The translations under genes were made by a program, and so were the position numbers. DNA of 63,299 nt, filler included, from Rhabdomonas costata (lineage: Eukaryota): NCBI GenBank assembly GCA_019059605.1. It is 50 parts of 50 records of this genome, joined end to end, with 100 filler letters (N's around TTAATTAATTAA, not from the genome) between each part and the next. Parts side by side here need not be neighbours in the genome. Positions count along the whole stretch, not along the records: positions 1 to 1,168 come from JAHMHO010025288.1; positions 1,269 to 2,437 come from JAHMHO010025289.1; positions 2,538 to 3,705 come from JAHMHO010025290.1; positions 3,806 to 4,973 come from JAHMHO010025291.1; positions 5,074 to 6,241 come from JAHMHO010025292.1; positions 6,342 to 7,509 come from JAHMHO010025293.1; positions 7,610 to 8,777 come from JAHMHO010025294.1; positions 8,878 to 10,045 come from JAHMHO010025295.1; 42 more parts are not named here. The stretch is one strand, 5' to 3'. The notes beneath the pieces were generated by a model that saw nothing but the letters and a program-made list of their open reading frames with translations, was not told the origin of the DNA and did no database searches. Positions 1-11,507 of this stretch are shown here, piece after piece. Each line of letters opens with the position of its first letter. The stretch's first letter is position 1.

Positions 1-709
1 GCATAATGGAGGAGGACTCAACAATTTGTGGGGGTTGTGGGAGGAAACAAGGACTGATCGATGGAAAGCCCGAAGCCATGTGTGGGTGGAATAGGGCTTC
101 CAGAGAGACGACAGCTGTAGATGTACGAGTGGATCGGAATTCGTAATTCAAGCTTGTGGGTTCACCCGTGTACCTGCCCAATAAGGCGAAACTGCTGGAA
201 AGGGACGGACGTCTTCTGCTCTTTCGTGGAAGTGGACTCATGCAACCATGTCCAGGGAAGGGTTTATTCGTCGTTCATGCTGATTAATCCCAACCACGTC
301 TACAAAATCCAAATAACCATATTAAACTGCATTGAACAACTCGCCAAACTCGTCCACATTTCCCAGTGTCCAAACAAACCACACCACACGAACATACACA
401 CATGCGATGGGTTCACAAAGAGGCGGGGGTGCTCCGCATCCTCCTATTCCACATGAACCAAGTAACAAGTAAAATGCAACTTTTCCCTAAAAGCGAAACC
501 AAGAAGGCGGGGGAACGGCAGGGCAGAAAAAAAGCACCGAAATGGTCCACAAAGGGACACAAACTGGGCGACTTCCGCCCCAACCCGCATCCAGCAGGAG
601 TGCGAGTGCAACGAAGAGTGGTGTGAGCAAGCTCTCCCATCTGTAACGCCCACGAGTAGAAGTGTTTGCACGGCAACCCGGACGCAAAGGGATTCCCCGC
701 TGCGAGGGC

Positions 710-1024
710 TCAGCTATGCTGCAGGGAAGGCGCCTGAGCCAGGGCCTGTGAACTGGCCATCACCAGGTTCTGGAACGGCCGGTGGGCCTTGTCGGCGGCT
801 TTCTCCGCGAACCGGGTGATGTGGGGCAGCTCGGTGTGCAGCGCTGTGATGGCCCGGTGGAGTCTCTGCACGGCCTGGCGGTGGGGCTCGAACTGCTGCT
901 CCACGGCGGCCCGCAGCTCGTCGGCCTCGTCGTGGCGCTGCTGCTCCTCTTCCAGCTCCAGCAGGGCCCGCCACTCCTCCACCATCTCTTCCCAAATGTA
1001 GCTGAGGTAGTTCTCCTCCAGAGC
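710..1024 (-). CDS. Exon of hypothetical coiled-coil protein
   Basis: Acceptor ctcgcag| then GC3-rich codons, ALEENYLSYIWEEMVEEWRALLELEEEQQRHDEADELRAAVEQQF. The 3' end is uncertain (stop at 710, or an earlier GC donor). Confidence 0.6.
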   Translation of the reverse strand, partial: ALEENYLSYIWEEMVEEWRALLELEEEQQRHDEADELRAAVEQQFEPHRQAVQRLHRAITALHTELPHITRFAEKAADKAHRPFQNLVMASSQALAQAPSLQHS

Positions 1025-1168
1025 CTGCGAGAGTGCGGACCGTCGAACTTTCATATCAACATACACATACACAGCATACAGAGGCATTGCTGTTGTAGCC
1101 TCTAACGGATGACAATGAGCGAATTTCCTCCCACTTCCTGACTTCTTATCGGTGTGCAGTTAACCCCC

Positions 1169-1268
1169 NNNNNNNNNNNNNNNNNNNNNNNNNNNNNNNN
1201 NNNNNNNNNNNNTTAATTAATTAANNNNNNNNNNNNNNNNNNNNNNNNNNNNNNNNNNNNNNNNNNNN
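1169..1268. other. Artificial contig spacer N44-TTAATTAATTAA-N44 (first of 49, recurring about every 1.27 kb)
   Basis: An identical linker with stops in all six frames, flanked by N runs, recurs through the window. Flanking contigs are all about 1165-1175 bp. Confidence 0.99.
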
Positions 1269-1501
1269 TGTGTTTGTGTAATAGGAATCGAGTGTTTTCT
1301 GTTTGATAGCTGACTCAGCTGCTCATCTTCATTCATGCTCTCTTTCCTGTTTGATTGAGGTTTAACCAGATTGTTATCAGGTAAGTGTTATTTGCCAACG
1401 TTTTGGTTCCGTTCTCTTCAATTTGTGTTCTGAAAGCTGCTCTTCCTATTACACAAAGAGCACCAGCCCACCGGTGCAAGTCCCAAAAATAGCGGAGCAT
1501 C

Positions 1502-2266
1502 CTACTCACAAGAAAAACTTCCACCAAAAGTTGAAGTCAGCTCAGCCTCCCCCTGTGTGGTCAGCGGGGCTTTGTCCATAAAAAGACTAAGGGTGCAGCG
1601 GGAAGACAGCCCCGCTAGGGAGCACAGCTGTGGGACTGCGCGATACCCCAACTCGCACCCCCTCAAGTCCAACCGCAGTGTTTCCAGGGCGGTGCACCGG
1701 GTCAGGAGGACAAGCCCGCATGCCCCTGCTTCCCCTATCCAGTCCGCCAGAGTGACACTAAGCCGGCGAAGAGAGGTGCAGCCTCGGCTCAACACTTCCA
1801 AGCCATCCGCGGTGACGGCATTCCGGCGCAGGTCCAGAGAGAGCGTCCTGAGGGAGGGGGCCTGAAGGACGGCAGCCAGCGCCCGAAGGCCAATGTCTCC
1901 GATCTGGTTGTGAGCCAGCCTTAAGGTCAGTGTGGACAAAAAAGTCATCCCGCGAAGCTGCGCCAAGCTGGCTGCGCCCTCGCCAGAGAGCTTGCTGCCC
2001 TCCAGAACAAGGGTAAGGCAGGTCAGAGTGACACTTCTGGATAAAGGCATCAGGACCTCCGCAGCATTGGAAGTCCAAGCAGAGGGCTCGAGCAGCTCGA
2101 TTGTTAATGCGGTGAGACTACTCGAGCAGGCCAGCGCCTGCACGGAGGAGCTCTGCAGCGTGGGACATCGAAGAGTCAGTGAGAAAGTCCGCAGTCTTGT
2201 ACCTAACCGCAATAGATTATCCCCAGCAACCACACCGTGGAGCGCAAAGCCGGCGTCGAAATTCAT
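1502..2266 (-). CDS. Leucine-rich repeat protein (RNI-like), partial
   Basis: Repeated LxxLxLxL units: LSTLTLRLAHNQIGDIGLRALA, LRTLSLDLRRNAVTADGLEVL, LETLRLDLRGCELG. Confidence 0.85.
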   Translation of the reverse strand: MNFDAGFALHGVVAGDNLLRLGTRLRTFSLTLRCPTLQSSSVQALACSSSLTALTIELLEPSAWTSNAAEVLMPLSRSVTLTCLTLVLEGSKLSGEGAASLAQLRGMTFLSTLTLRLAHNQIGDIGLRALAAVLQAPSLRTLSLDLRRNAVTADGLEVLSRGCTSLRRLSVTLADWIGEAGACGLVLLTRCTALETLRLDLRGCELGYRAVPQLCSLAGLSSRCTLSLFMDKAPLTTQGEAELTSTFGGSFSCE

Positions 2267-2901
2267 CTGGTTTGAAAAAAGAAGCAAACAAACAGAAAGT
2301 AACCCTGGAGGTATTCGTCCCAACGGAAAAGCTACCGCGAAATCGTTTGAGGCATGAACAAAAATAGAAAAACACGACTCCTGCTAATTCTCCATTTGCA
2401 ATATACTCAGTTACGTTGCAGCAGGCTGCAGATATTGNNNNNNNNNNNNNNNNNNNNNNNNNNNNNNNNNNNNNNNNNNNNTTAATTAATTAANNNNNNN
2501 NNNNNNNNNNNNNNNNNNNNNNNNNNNNNNNNNNNNNTGTGGGGGGGGCGGGGCGCAACCCGCATTCCTGCAGGTTTGGAATGAAACAGAAAGCAGAAAA
2601 TAACTCTGGAATAGAAGAGGTCAAACAGAAGGAGAAGCAGCATGGTGAGGAATTAAAGAAGAGAGGCTGTGCTGTTTCTCAGTAAGTGGCTGAAACAAGA
2701 CAGGAATGCGCACACTGAACGCGATATGGAAGTGGTTGGCCAGAGGCGGGGGGTGAACATGCGACGAATAGTGTGATGCCGCCGTCAGATCGGAGTTGAC
2801 CCTGGTGACAGCTGCTGGTTCTGGTTCCTCAGAAGAACCAAGACGAAATTAACTTGCCAATCCTAACACCCACTCCATGCAAAGAAGTGCTGAGGCGACA
2901 C

Positions 2902-3286
2902 CGGGAGGTATGGAAGGTGTACGTAGCAGCTTGTGAGGCAGAAGATGGAGCGCAGTCCGGAGGTGGTCTACGAAAGGTCTCCGCCATGGGGCGAGCAGCT
3001 GCAGAGTCCGGGGTGAACGCTGCTGCTGCTGTGCAGGAGGCTCCAAAGCGTGTGCTAAAGGACCCCACATTCGTGATGGGTCCGCCGTCAGTCGAGGCAG
3101 CAGACCTTGAGCAATGGGAGGAGCGGAAGGCTGGGCTGGCAGGATGCTCCGAGCAGGAGTGAGGCAGGTCGGAATCATAGGCCCTCCGCAGCGCGGGGTC
3201 GGAGAGGGTGGCAAAGGCGCTCTGGACTCGCTTAAAGGTACGCTCCGCGGTAACCCTCTCCGCCTCAGAAGAGGTAATCCACTTGT
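2902..3286 (-). CDS. J-domain (DnaJ/Hsp40) protein exon, C-terminal half of the J domain
   Basis: Acceptor gccag|AC AAG TGG gives (HP)DKW...AERTFKRVQSAFATLSDPALRRAYD, matching J-domain helices III-IV. The 3' boundary is approximate. Confidence 0.8.
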
Positions 3287-3806
3287 CTGGCGAGAAGACC
3301 ATAAAAAAGAGCTAGCGTCGGGAGCGATACAAAAAGTTGGTCTTGAACATGGCCGATGCGGCACAATCCCTTATTCTTCGTCTGGACCTGAGCAAAACTT
3401 TTGAAAAGCGCCATAGAGTCGTCCCCCTTCCCCCTCTAGTGCAGACAGCCCACCAGTCGAACCATCTGTACGCTTAACCGCACCGACTACCGCTCTTTGC
3501 GTCAAATCACTCACCATCATTACCATTTGTCATCCCTCTGTTTAACTGCAGCAACCCCATCAACGTGGGTTTTGTGTGACCATTTTACCAGAGATCGTTG
3601 CACCGATGCAAGGCACATCTTCAATCTTCAACAAAAAAAGCACGTATGTGCATAGAAACAGACCAGGGTGCCACTGCAAGCAGGCTGCCTTATAGGCCTT
3701 CTTAANNNNNNNNNNNNNNNNNNNNNNNNNNNNNNNNNNNNNNNNNNNNTTAATTAATTAANNNNNNNNNNNNNNNNNNNNNNNNNNNNNNNNNNNNNNN
3801 NNNNNC

Positions 3807-4357
3807 CTGGTTGCCTTCCTGGCGATGTGCGTGCTGACCTTCGGGTCGTTCCTGTCTACGGTCTATGCCATCGGCATGGGCTTTGTCGCCACTGTGGGCC
3901 GCCGCAGGCTTCGCCGAGGTTTTGCCACCTGAACTTCTCCCCTGCACCTCCAGCTTCTCCTCTGCTTTCCGCTCTACTCTCTTCACCTTTCTTTTTTTGT
4001 TTCGTCTGCTCTGCTCTGTTCCGTGTTGCTCTGTACTTTGGAACACCACCCTTTTCGCCCCATGCACACAAACGCAAGACGCAAGAGCATACAGTGACGT
4101 GATGTCCTCGTGCTTTTTTGCCCGACCTCGGAAGCTGCTGATAGGAATTTCGGATATGGATCATCTTGCGATTGACAGTTCTTCGCACAGGCGGGAAGGA
4201 GGATAGGTTTGATTTTGCCGATGCACACCCTGGGCCCGTTCTCTGCGCTCTATACTACGATTGTCTTGCAGGACGCAAGTTTTGGATTGTTCTTCAAGTT
4301 TTGGTCGGCGCTCTTCTTATGACACTGCTGGTGCTTTACATGGGAATGCCTGCCGGG
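3807..4357 (+). CDS. Multi-pass membrane protein, two exons (3807-3918, 4272-~4357)
   Basis: Hydrophobic helices LVAFLAMCVLTFGSFLSTVYAIGMGFVATV and FWIVLQVLVGALLMTLLVLYMG are joined in frame by a phase-1 GT-AG intron. Confidence 0.5.
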
Positions 4358-5119
4358 GTGGCTGATCGCGTGCCCCTTTTCCCGAACGAGACCCTTGCTC
4401 GGGCTTTTTGGGGTGTGCGTGTGCCGCGAAGCCATTTTCTCATGGCGCTTTGCCTGTTGGCATGGAAATTGCTGTTTTCGTCGATTTTGCCATTACTGTT
4501 TTTGTCGGCGCTAGTGTCAATGGTGGGCTCGCTTTTTTCTACGTCTACAAGCGCGCAACTTCGAACAAGCTTCCACGCCGCTGTTACCCTGACTTCTGTT
4601 AGATAAGCGTGAGAGAACCCGTACAGCAAGGCATCTCACTATTCTTCCGCGGTCGAGGCATCATCACCATCATCACCACGCCACCGCCACCGCCACCTAC
4701 CACCATACCTGTTTTATTGCCTCAGTCACTTGCTCTGTCTTCACGCAACTACCCCCACCTTCAAGCTACCCCCACACACCTTTCGGACGCAAGGGCTTCA
4801 CGGAAGGTTGGAGATCCTGTTCTTCTGCTGATCCGAACGGCCAACCTCAATGTACATAGACCTGTAGACGTCTATGTGAGTCGGCGCAGCCAGTGGGGCG
4901 CGAGCCCATTGGTCAAGGCTGTCAACAGCTTACCTGCTGGGAAGTTGTGCTTTTCTGAGACGGAAACAAAAAANNNNNNNNNNNNNNNNNNNNNNNNNNN
5001 NNNNNNNNNNNNNNNNNTTAATTAATTAANNNNNNNNNNNNNNNNNNNNNNNNNNNNNNNNNNNNNNNNNNNNGTGTTTTTTGCAAGTGTACCGTCATCT
5101 TCTTTGACTTAGGGAACAG

Positions 5120-5865
5120 ACGTAGTGAGAGGCCCTCTTCATCTTCGAGGGGTTACTTGTCGGGCCCCTGCCGGGTCCCTCCCAACATGCTGAAGGGTCG
5201 CCCTCAGCGGCCTCCACTTCAGAGCAGGAGCGTAGCGAGTGAGCATGGAATATCAGCATTCTTTTTTTCCATTCAACATTTAGGAGGAACGAGCGCAGTG
5301 AGTAACGACCTGAGGCAGTGAGTAAACTGAGGAACGGAGCGTAGCGGAGTGACGATAACGAGGGGCCCCATGACCAGGAGCGTAGCGAATGGGCATGGGT
5401 ATCAGGCATATTTCTTCTTTCTTCCCCTTCTTGAGACATCACGAGCGTAGCGAGAGCGTCACCCGAAGGGTAGTTTTCTTCTTCAGGGGCCCCATGACCA
5501 TCAGGAAGTGGGGATAGGAGGATGACGCGTAGTGGCATCGACGACGTAAAGATGAAGGTGGAGCGAGGAATGCAGTGACGAGCGACAGGAAAAGTGGACA
5601 TTACGACCGAAGTGAGGAACGCAGTGACGAACGTAGTGAGAGCCGGGCCGGAGGCCTTTTTCATCTTCAAGGGTTACGTGTCGGGCCCCTGCCGGGTCCC
5701 TCCTCCCACTACAACATGATGGTCGCCCTCGGCGGGCTCCACTTCGGCCCTCTGTCTCACCTTGGGTCTCATGCGGCCTCAGCGTGGATGTCTCTTTCAT
5801 CCACCGAGGTGGGAGCGCAGCGACTGAGCGACCATCATACGTTGACACATCCCGAGCGTAGCGAA
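5120..5865 (+). repeat. GA-mismatch hairpin repeat family member with a diverged internal direct repeat (~5120-5220 vs ~5630-5745)
   Basis: Multiple GAGCGTAGCGA, GAACGCAGTGA and GAGCGCAGCGA units. TGTCGGGCCCCTGCCGGGTCCCTCC occurs twice. Blocks are shared with 35351-35403. Confidence 0.8.
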
Positions 5866-6108
5866 AGCGTGGCCGTGGGATTGGTATCTGGGTGTTGGGA
5901 TGTGAACGCGTCAGAATTCCGGGGCTGGGTGTTTGGGTTCATGCTGAGATGTGATGGTGGGTGTCTGGTATGCAGAGATGTTGGCGGGTATTTTGAGAGT
6001 TTCTGGGACCGGGGCTGTGGGTTGGGGTGAATGTAGCGATTGTGACCCACTTTGCGTTGACCTTCCAACTTCCAACAATTCACAAAAAAAGCTTTGTCAG
6101 GAACGCAC

Positions 6109-6206
6109 CACGGGTGTCTGAAAACCTCCTCGAGGGAGTACCGCCGGTCCGGGTCCACCACCAGGAGATGGCTGATGAGGTCTTGCAGCGGCGCAGAGAA
6201 GAACGG
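6109..6206 (-). CDS. Ser/Thr protein kinase exon (subdomain XI, CAMK/SNF1-like)
   Basis: tag|PFFSAPLQDLISHLLVVDPDRRYSLEEVFRHPW|gtgcgt, the typical DLIxxLLxxDPxxR...HPW motif. Confidence 0.85.
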
Positions 6207-9200
6207 CTACCCCCACCCAACCCCCCACCCACACCCAACACNNNNNNNNNNNNNNNNNNNNNNNNNNNNNNNNNNNNNNNNNNNNTTAATTAATTAANNN
6301 NNNNNNNNNNNNNNNNNNNNNNNNNNNNNNNNNNNNNNNNNTTGTTTTTGTCTTCCGTTGATGCCGCTCGAGCCAATGACTCTTTTCATTATTCTCTCTT
6401 TGCTTTCGAGAAGAAATACGGTGTTGCTTCGAGTGTCGGAGAAAGTATCAGACTTACCTCCTCCCTCTTTCTTCTCGCGCCTACCTCTTTTCCGAGATGT
6501 AATAATCCAGTGCAACTGACGCAGCCTGGGAAACATTGGAGAGTCTTGTCGTCTCCACATCCGGCGCAATACGGTGAGCCCTAGGATGCTTTCGGATGCA
6601 CCGCTGCGGATAGTTTGTACTATTTTAAGCGAACCCATTTCAATGTCCGTTGTAATGTCACATATCTGATTCAGTCTTTTGTACAACTTTGTTTGACAAA
6701 ATGCTGAACTTTGATTGACTCTTTTTACTCTACTTTCGTCATGGCGTGCTGCGGAGCGTTGTGGTTATGGGCTGGCAATTCCTTTTTCTTTAAATGTCTG
6801 CTCGAGGGTGTGGGTTCCTTGTGCTCGAGGGTGAGGGTTCCTTGTGTTTTAGGTGACTGTGATTTCTCCGGAACACCCCAGGTGGGTACCTCTGCCTCCT
6901 TTCTCGGCGAGTAAGTGGCTTCCATTCTTATTTGTTGCGCCTTTCTCAATTTGGATGAAGCTATTTTATATTTCTATTTCACTTGCCTTCTCCTGCAACA
7001 GCTTCCTGGGTTAGATAGAACAGCATGCCCTTTTTTGTGGTATTTGAGTTGTAAATTGGCATGGGGTGGAAGAAAATAGGGAACGTTTTGTCATTAATGA
7101 GGATTGCTTTTTGTTATTATGGGTTCTCTTGGAACCCATACATTGCATTCCACGTGGTTTTTGTTGTGCGATGTTCTGATCGTTCTTGCAATAAGAAGAT
7201 TCACGGCGAGACATGCATGCAACCGGGAAGGAGTCAAATTCTCCTTTTTCTTGTGTACCGCTGTAGAGTTTTGTATTCTTTCACAGCGGCTCCACAAAGC
7301 GCCCAAAGCTGTACACGGCGACGCAGGTCTTTAAGCTTCGGGCTCGTTTCTTTGTTTTCTGATTTTCCTCACTGTGTTGTTCCGGAAAACATGGAAATAG
7401 ACTACGCGGCGTCTTGTGGGAGCAGAAAGTCCCTATTTTCGTGCCCCCTAGCCCCAAACGGAAATCCGGACCGTGTATCGCCCTCTATTAAAGCCACTGA
7501 AACACACCCNNNNNNNNNNNNNNNNNNNNNNNNNNNNNNNNNNNNNNNNNNNNTTAATTAATTAANNNNNNNNNNNNNNNNNNNNNNNNNNNNNNNNNNN
7601 NNNNNNNNNGTGTTGGGGGTGTTTGGTGGGTGGGTGGACGGAGCTGAGTTGAGCTAGGCCAGCCGAGGGACGTGCGGGGAGGGGAACGCCTGCTCCGTAC
7701 AAGCGAGCAAAAATTGACTATCTGCATAATGGGAAGCAACTGTGGGACACGGGAGGCCTTCACATAGGGGTTCCGGTGAGAGGGGATTTGCGAAGATCCC
7801 ATCCCACGGGTCCGAATGCATTACCACCCCTCGCTACGTTACGCTCGCTTCGCTCAGCTCCGTTCTTCCACCCCCTCTCCTTCCCAAGAAAAAATCATAC
7901 TGACCCACTGCCCACACGAACATCACCCCCTGACCCACACATCAGACCACGAGCTGTAAACCAACTAACCCCATCAACCCCCAAAAATCAGATGCAGCCC
8001 ACAACCCAACCCCACTACCGACAGACCAACAGTTGTAGCACCAACAACCCGATGACGAATAGACGTAGTAACAACAGCACCACAAACCCCTCTACCAGCA
8101 GCCACACCAGATGCAAACACAGCCCGATGACCAAATCACGGACTGCGCACCCAGCGTACTAGACTTCCCCCTTCCCCCCAAGAGGTCGTCCCCGCCAATA
8201 ATAGTAATGTCATCAACGGTGGTTTCCATAGAATCTCCTCCCAGCAGAGGGGTGATCAACACCCCGAGAAACCAGGTTTAGGAGAACATTCGATAGCTCG
8301 CTAGAGGCGGAAAAAACGTCCACTAAAGCAATGCAGGTGCAGTGTTGTGGATGCGAGTGTGTGTTCGTTCGCTCCTAGCCGCTGGGAGAGTTCTGCTGTG
8401 ATCCTGCGTGATTATACAATTATGCAGTAGCTCCTCTTTTTACTGTAGAGAGTCTCACTCCAGTTCACGCACAAGAAGAGACCACAAAACCAGCGTCAGT
8501 GCGACCGAACCTGACCATGACTGAAGCACACATAGTATCAAACAAGCAACGAGGGTCATCCCAATTTTCCGACCATCCTCCTTCTCCTCAAAGTCGCCAC
8601 CTGAAGGCGGGAGACACCTCCTTCCCCATACCGGGGGTATCAATGTTGGACCCGATCTCATTGCAGCTTTCCAGCGTTGCTTGACCGGGGCTTTGTGCAC
8701 ACATCCGTGATGAGAGAGTCTATAAAACGTGATAGCCGATGCCTTGGCATGCACGAGTCTCTTGCCAACAACAAACANNNNNNNNNNNNNNNNNNNNNNN
8801 NNNNNNNNNNNNNNNNNNNNNTTAATTAATTAANNNNNNNNNNNNNNNNNNNNNNNNNNNNNNNNNNNNNNNNNNNNGGTGGTTTGTGGTGCATTCACCT
8901 ATTTACAAGAAAAAATAGCCCTCATGAAAGAACACAGCTGGGGCCCTGTGACAGGGCCTCGTTCGGGGTATTTTTTCTTGTAAATAGGTGAATGCACCAC
9001 GCACCAGCCACGCAGCGTTTCGGGAGGCCCGCTGCATAGATAGAACACCCCAATATAAACAGCAGATCTGATACGTGTTTGATTATTCGGTAGAGCTCTG
9101 ACATCCCGTGTTCTGCCCAACCCTCCTCAGGCAGGAACATTTCCCGACAAAGCAGCTGCATATTTAAACAATCGGAAATCACATGGAGCGCCTCTTCTTT

Positions 9201-9405
9201 CACTGTATGCGAACATAAGTCGCATCACCTGTCGGTAAAGCAATTATTGAGTCGTTTTGGACATCGTGGTGTTCCAAGTGTGTGCGAGGACTAAGCTGAA
9301 GGAGGGCCGTGATCTTTTATATAAGCAGCAGTTTTGGAAGTGTATGATGAACAGAAAAGGATGGTTCCGACGCCCGGGAGGGGGAGGGGCTTCTCTTGAG
9401 CATAC

Positions 9406-9925
9406 GCTGTCCTGAGTCTTTCTCAGCATCCGCTGCCCGTACTGCATCCCAAAACTCATCATCATGTGGTTGGTCACGCTGGAGGGGTCCATAAATAGAC
9501 CCGCGGGATGGCCCTCTCCGGCTGAGTGGACGTTGGCGGTGATGAAGGCAAGGCCGGTTTCATCAAATTGTTTATGTATTATTCGCTTCCACTTGAACCG
9601 CTTGTGAACCTCTCGAACCAATGTGTGCAAAACCAGCACAGACCAGCCCAGAGGCGACTAGTGTCACGAAAGCAACAGAAGAGACGCAATGGCGCAATGG
9701 CGTGCTCGATACCAGAGGACTCCGGCGATCTGAAGGAGAGGACAATTTTTTTTGCTTCTTTCAATGGTCGGGGATAAAAGGAATCCAACGCGGGCAAAGC
9801 AGATGAACCCATACCCCGTGGAGGGGTGGTCATTGCAGGTAGTGGGGCAGCGGGGTAGCCGGTGGGGCTCATGTAGGGCATGCTGTTTCCCATGAAGGAG
9901 GATGAAAACCCTCCCTCGGGATACC
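9406..9925 (-). CDS. YIF1: YIF1-family ER-Golgi membrane protein, N-terminal exons (9925-9815, 9521-9406)
   Basis: Pro/Gly/Met-rich N-terminus spliced in frame (GT-AG) to LFMDPSSVTNHMMMSFGMQYGQRMLRK, resembling the YIF1 DPxxxxAMxYG segment. Confidence 0.6.
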
Positions 9926-11418
9926 CTGTTTGTGTTTCCAAGACGCACATCAAGAAGAACTGTGCCGCGACGCAGTACATAGACACTCTTAGCCCTCGGT
10001 GTCCATTCACTGAGATTCCAAGGTAAAAAAAAAAAGGAACCCCCANNNNNNNNNNNNNNNNNNNNNNNNNNNNNNNNNNNNNNNNNNNNTTAATTAATTA
10101 ANNNNNNNNNNNNNNNNNNNNNNNNNNNNNNNNNNNNNNNNNNNNTTTTTGTGGTTTGCATTCCGAAAGGTGCATGATCCATTCTGGGGAGGTCCGCTCT
10201 CTGGGATTCACATGTGCGTGTGCAGGGCTTCACTAAGATGGTGCATGGGAGAGTGCAGGGTTCACAGAAAACGGCGAGTGGGGGGTTGAAAAGGGTTGAA
10301 GGGTTGAAAATACCTGCGCTGCTGTCCTGTGGCGTAGTAGCCACCTGTGAAAAACAGAAAAGACGCAAAAAGAGAGGGAAACCAGACACCAGATGAAATT
10401 GAGCTGTGTTGTGGGGCTCCCCAAATTTCCTTTGCCTTTTCTTCGTCGTGGCAAATGCACTGGACTAACTGTAGACCCCCCATTGGCGCGCTTTCGGCGG
10501 AGGAAACATCATGGAACCAGTCTCAGACGAAAAAAAAATGGGGGTTCACGTTGCACAACGAGAAAGCAGAAGCCCGATGTCAGTCGCTCAAAAATAAGAG
10601 TATCAAAAGCAACCAGGAGTGCACACAGACAGCGACGGAAGGATCTACGCAACGCCGCAACGCCGGCCCACCACTCATTTCATGCCTGAGGCCTGCGTAG
10701 AGCTGGTGGTGCTCGTGGCGCTGTACGAGACTGAAGAAAGGAATACACACACAGACAAGACAAAGGAAAGCCCTCTGAGGACGTGAATACGGCTGTTGTT
10801 TCGCGTTGCTGAGTGGAGTGTGCGTGCGTGTGTGTATGCGTGTCTGCGTGGCAGGGTAACGGCAAGCCGGAGCCTCGCAGAGGCAGTCCAGCATATCACT
10901 ATGGCACATGATATGCTGGACTGCCTTTGGTGGATCTGACCTCTAGCTTCAAGGCAAGATACCCATGCGTTATGTCCTCCGCTCCGGCTCAGTGGACCGA
11001 TGGAAAGGGAAGAGACGGGAGCTGAGCCGAAGCCAGTGGTCCTGCCCCTCCCCCCCATCTCACCCTTCCATTTCCAGGATGAACCCTGAAAATTGGTGAG
11101 CCGGCAAAGAAGCTGCGCTCCAATGGACTTTGCCATACTACAAACCAGGAACTGATGTAACACGTAGACGGGCGAGCGGTTGCGGTACACTCTCACGCGG
11201 AGAAAGCGCAAATACTGGCCGATTACACAAGTGATTATTGCTACTTTTATGCATGTACCATGTACCCCATGTGAATTTTGTGGTCTCGGCGAAAGCTCGG
11301 TTCCCCACCCAACNNNNNNNNNNNNNNNNNNNNNNNNNNNNNNNNNNNNNNNNNNNNTTAATTAATTAANNNNNNNNNNNNNNNNNNNNNNNNNNNNNNN
11401 NNNNNNNNNNNNNGTTGG

Positions 11419-11507
11419 TGTGCGTTCTCTACTTTTTAGAATTTCCACACGGTGGTGCTCGTCTCCGGCACCACCGTGTGGAAATTCTAAAAAGTAGAGA
11501 ACGCACA
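11419..11507. repeat. Perfect 40-bp inverted repeat with 9-nt loop at contig start
   Basis: TGTGCGTTCTCTACTTTTTAGAATTTCCACACGGTGGTGC is followed by its reverse complement. Confidence 0.95.

Noticed and set aside
6500-6560. WRRQDSPMFPRLRQL resembles a hAT dimerisation motif
   Set aside because: The downstream SxxxERxFS motif is absent, and the match is too short.
11419-11507. Perfect hairpin as terminator or MITE; likewise the 15-bp arms at 41641-41747
   Set aside because: Abuts the contig end with identical arms, the typical amplification fold-back.
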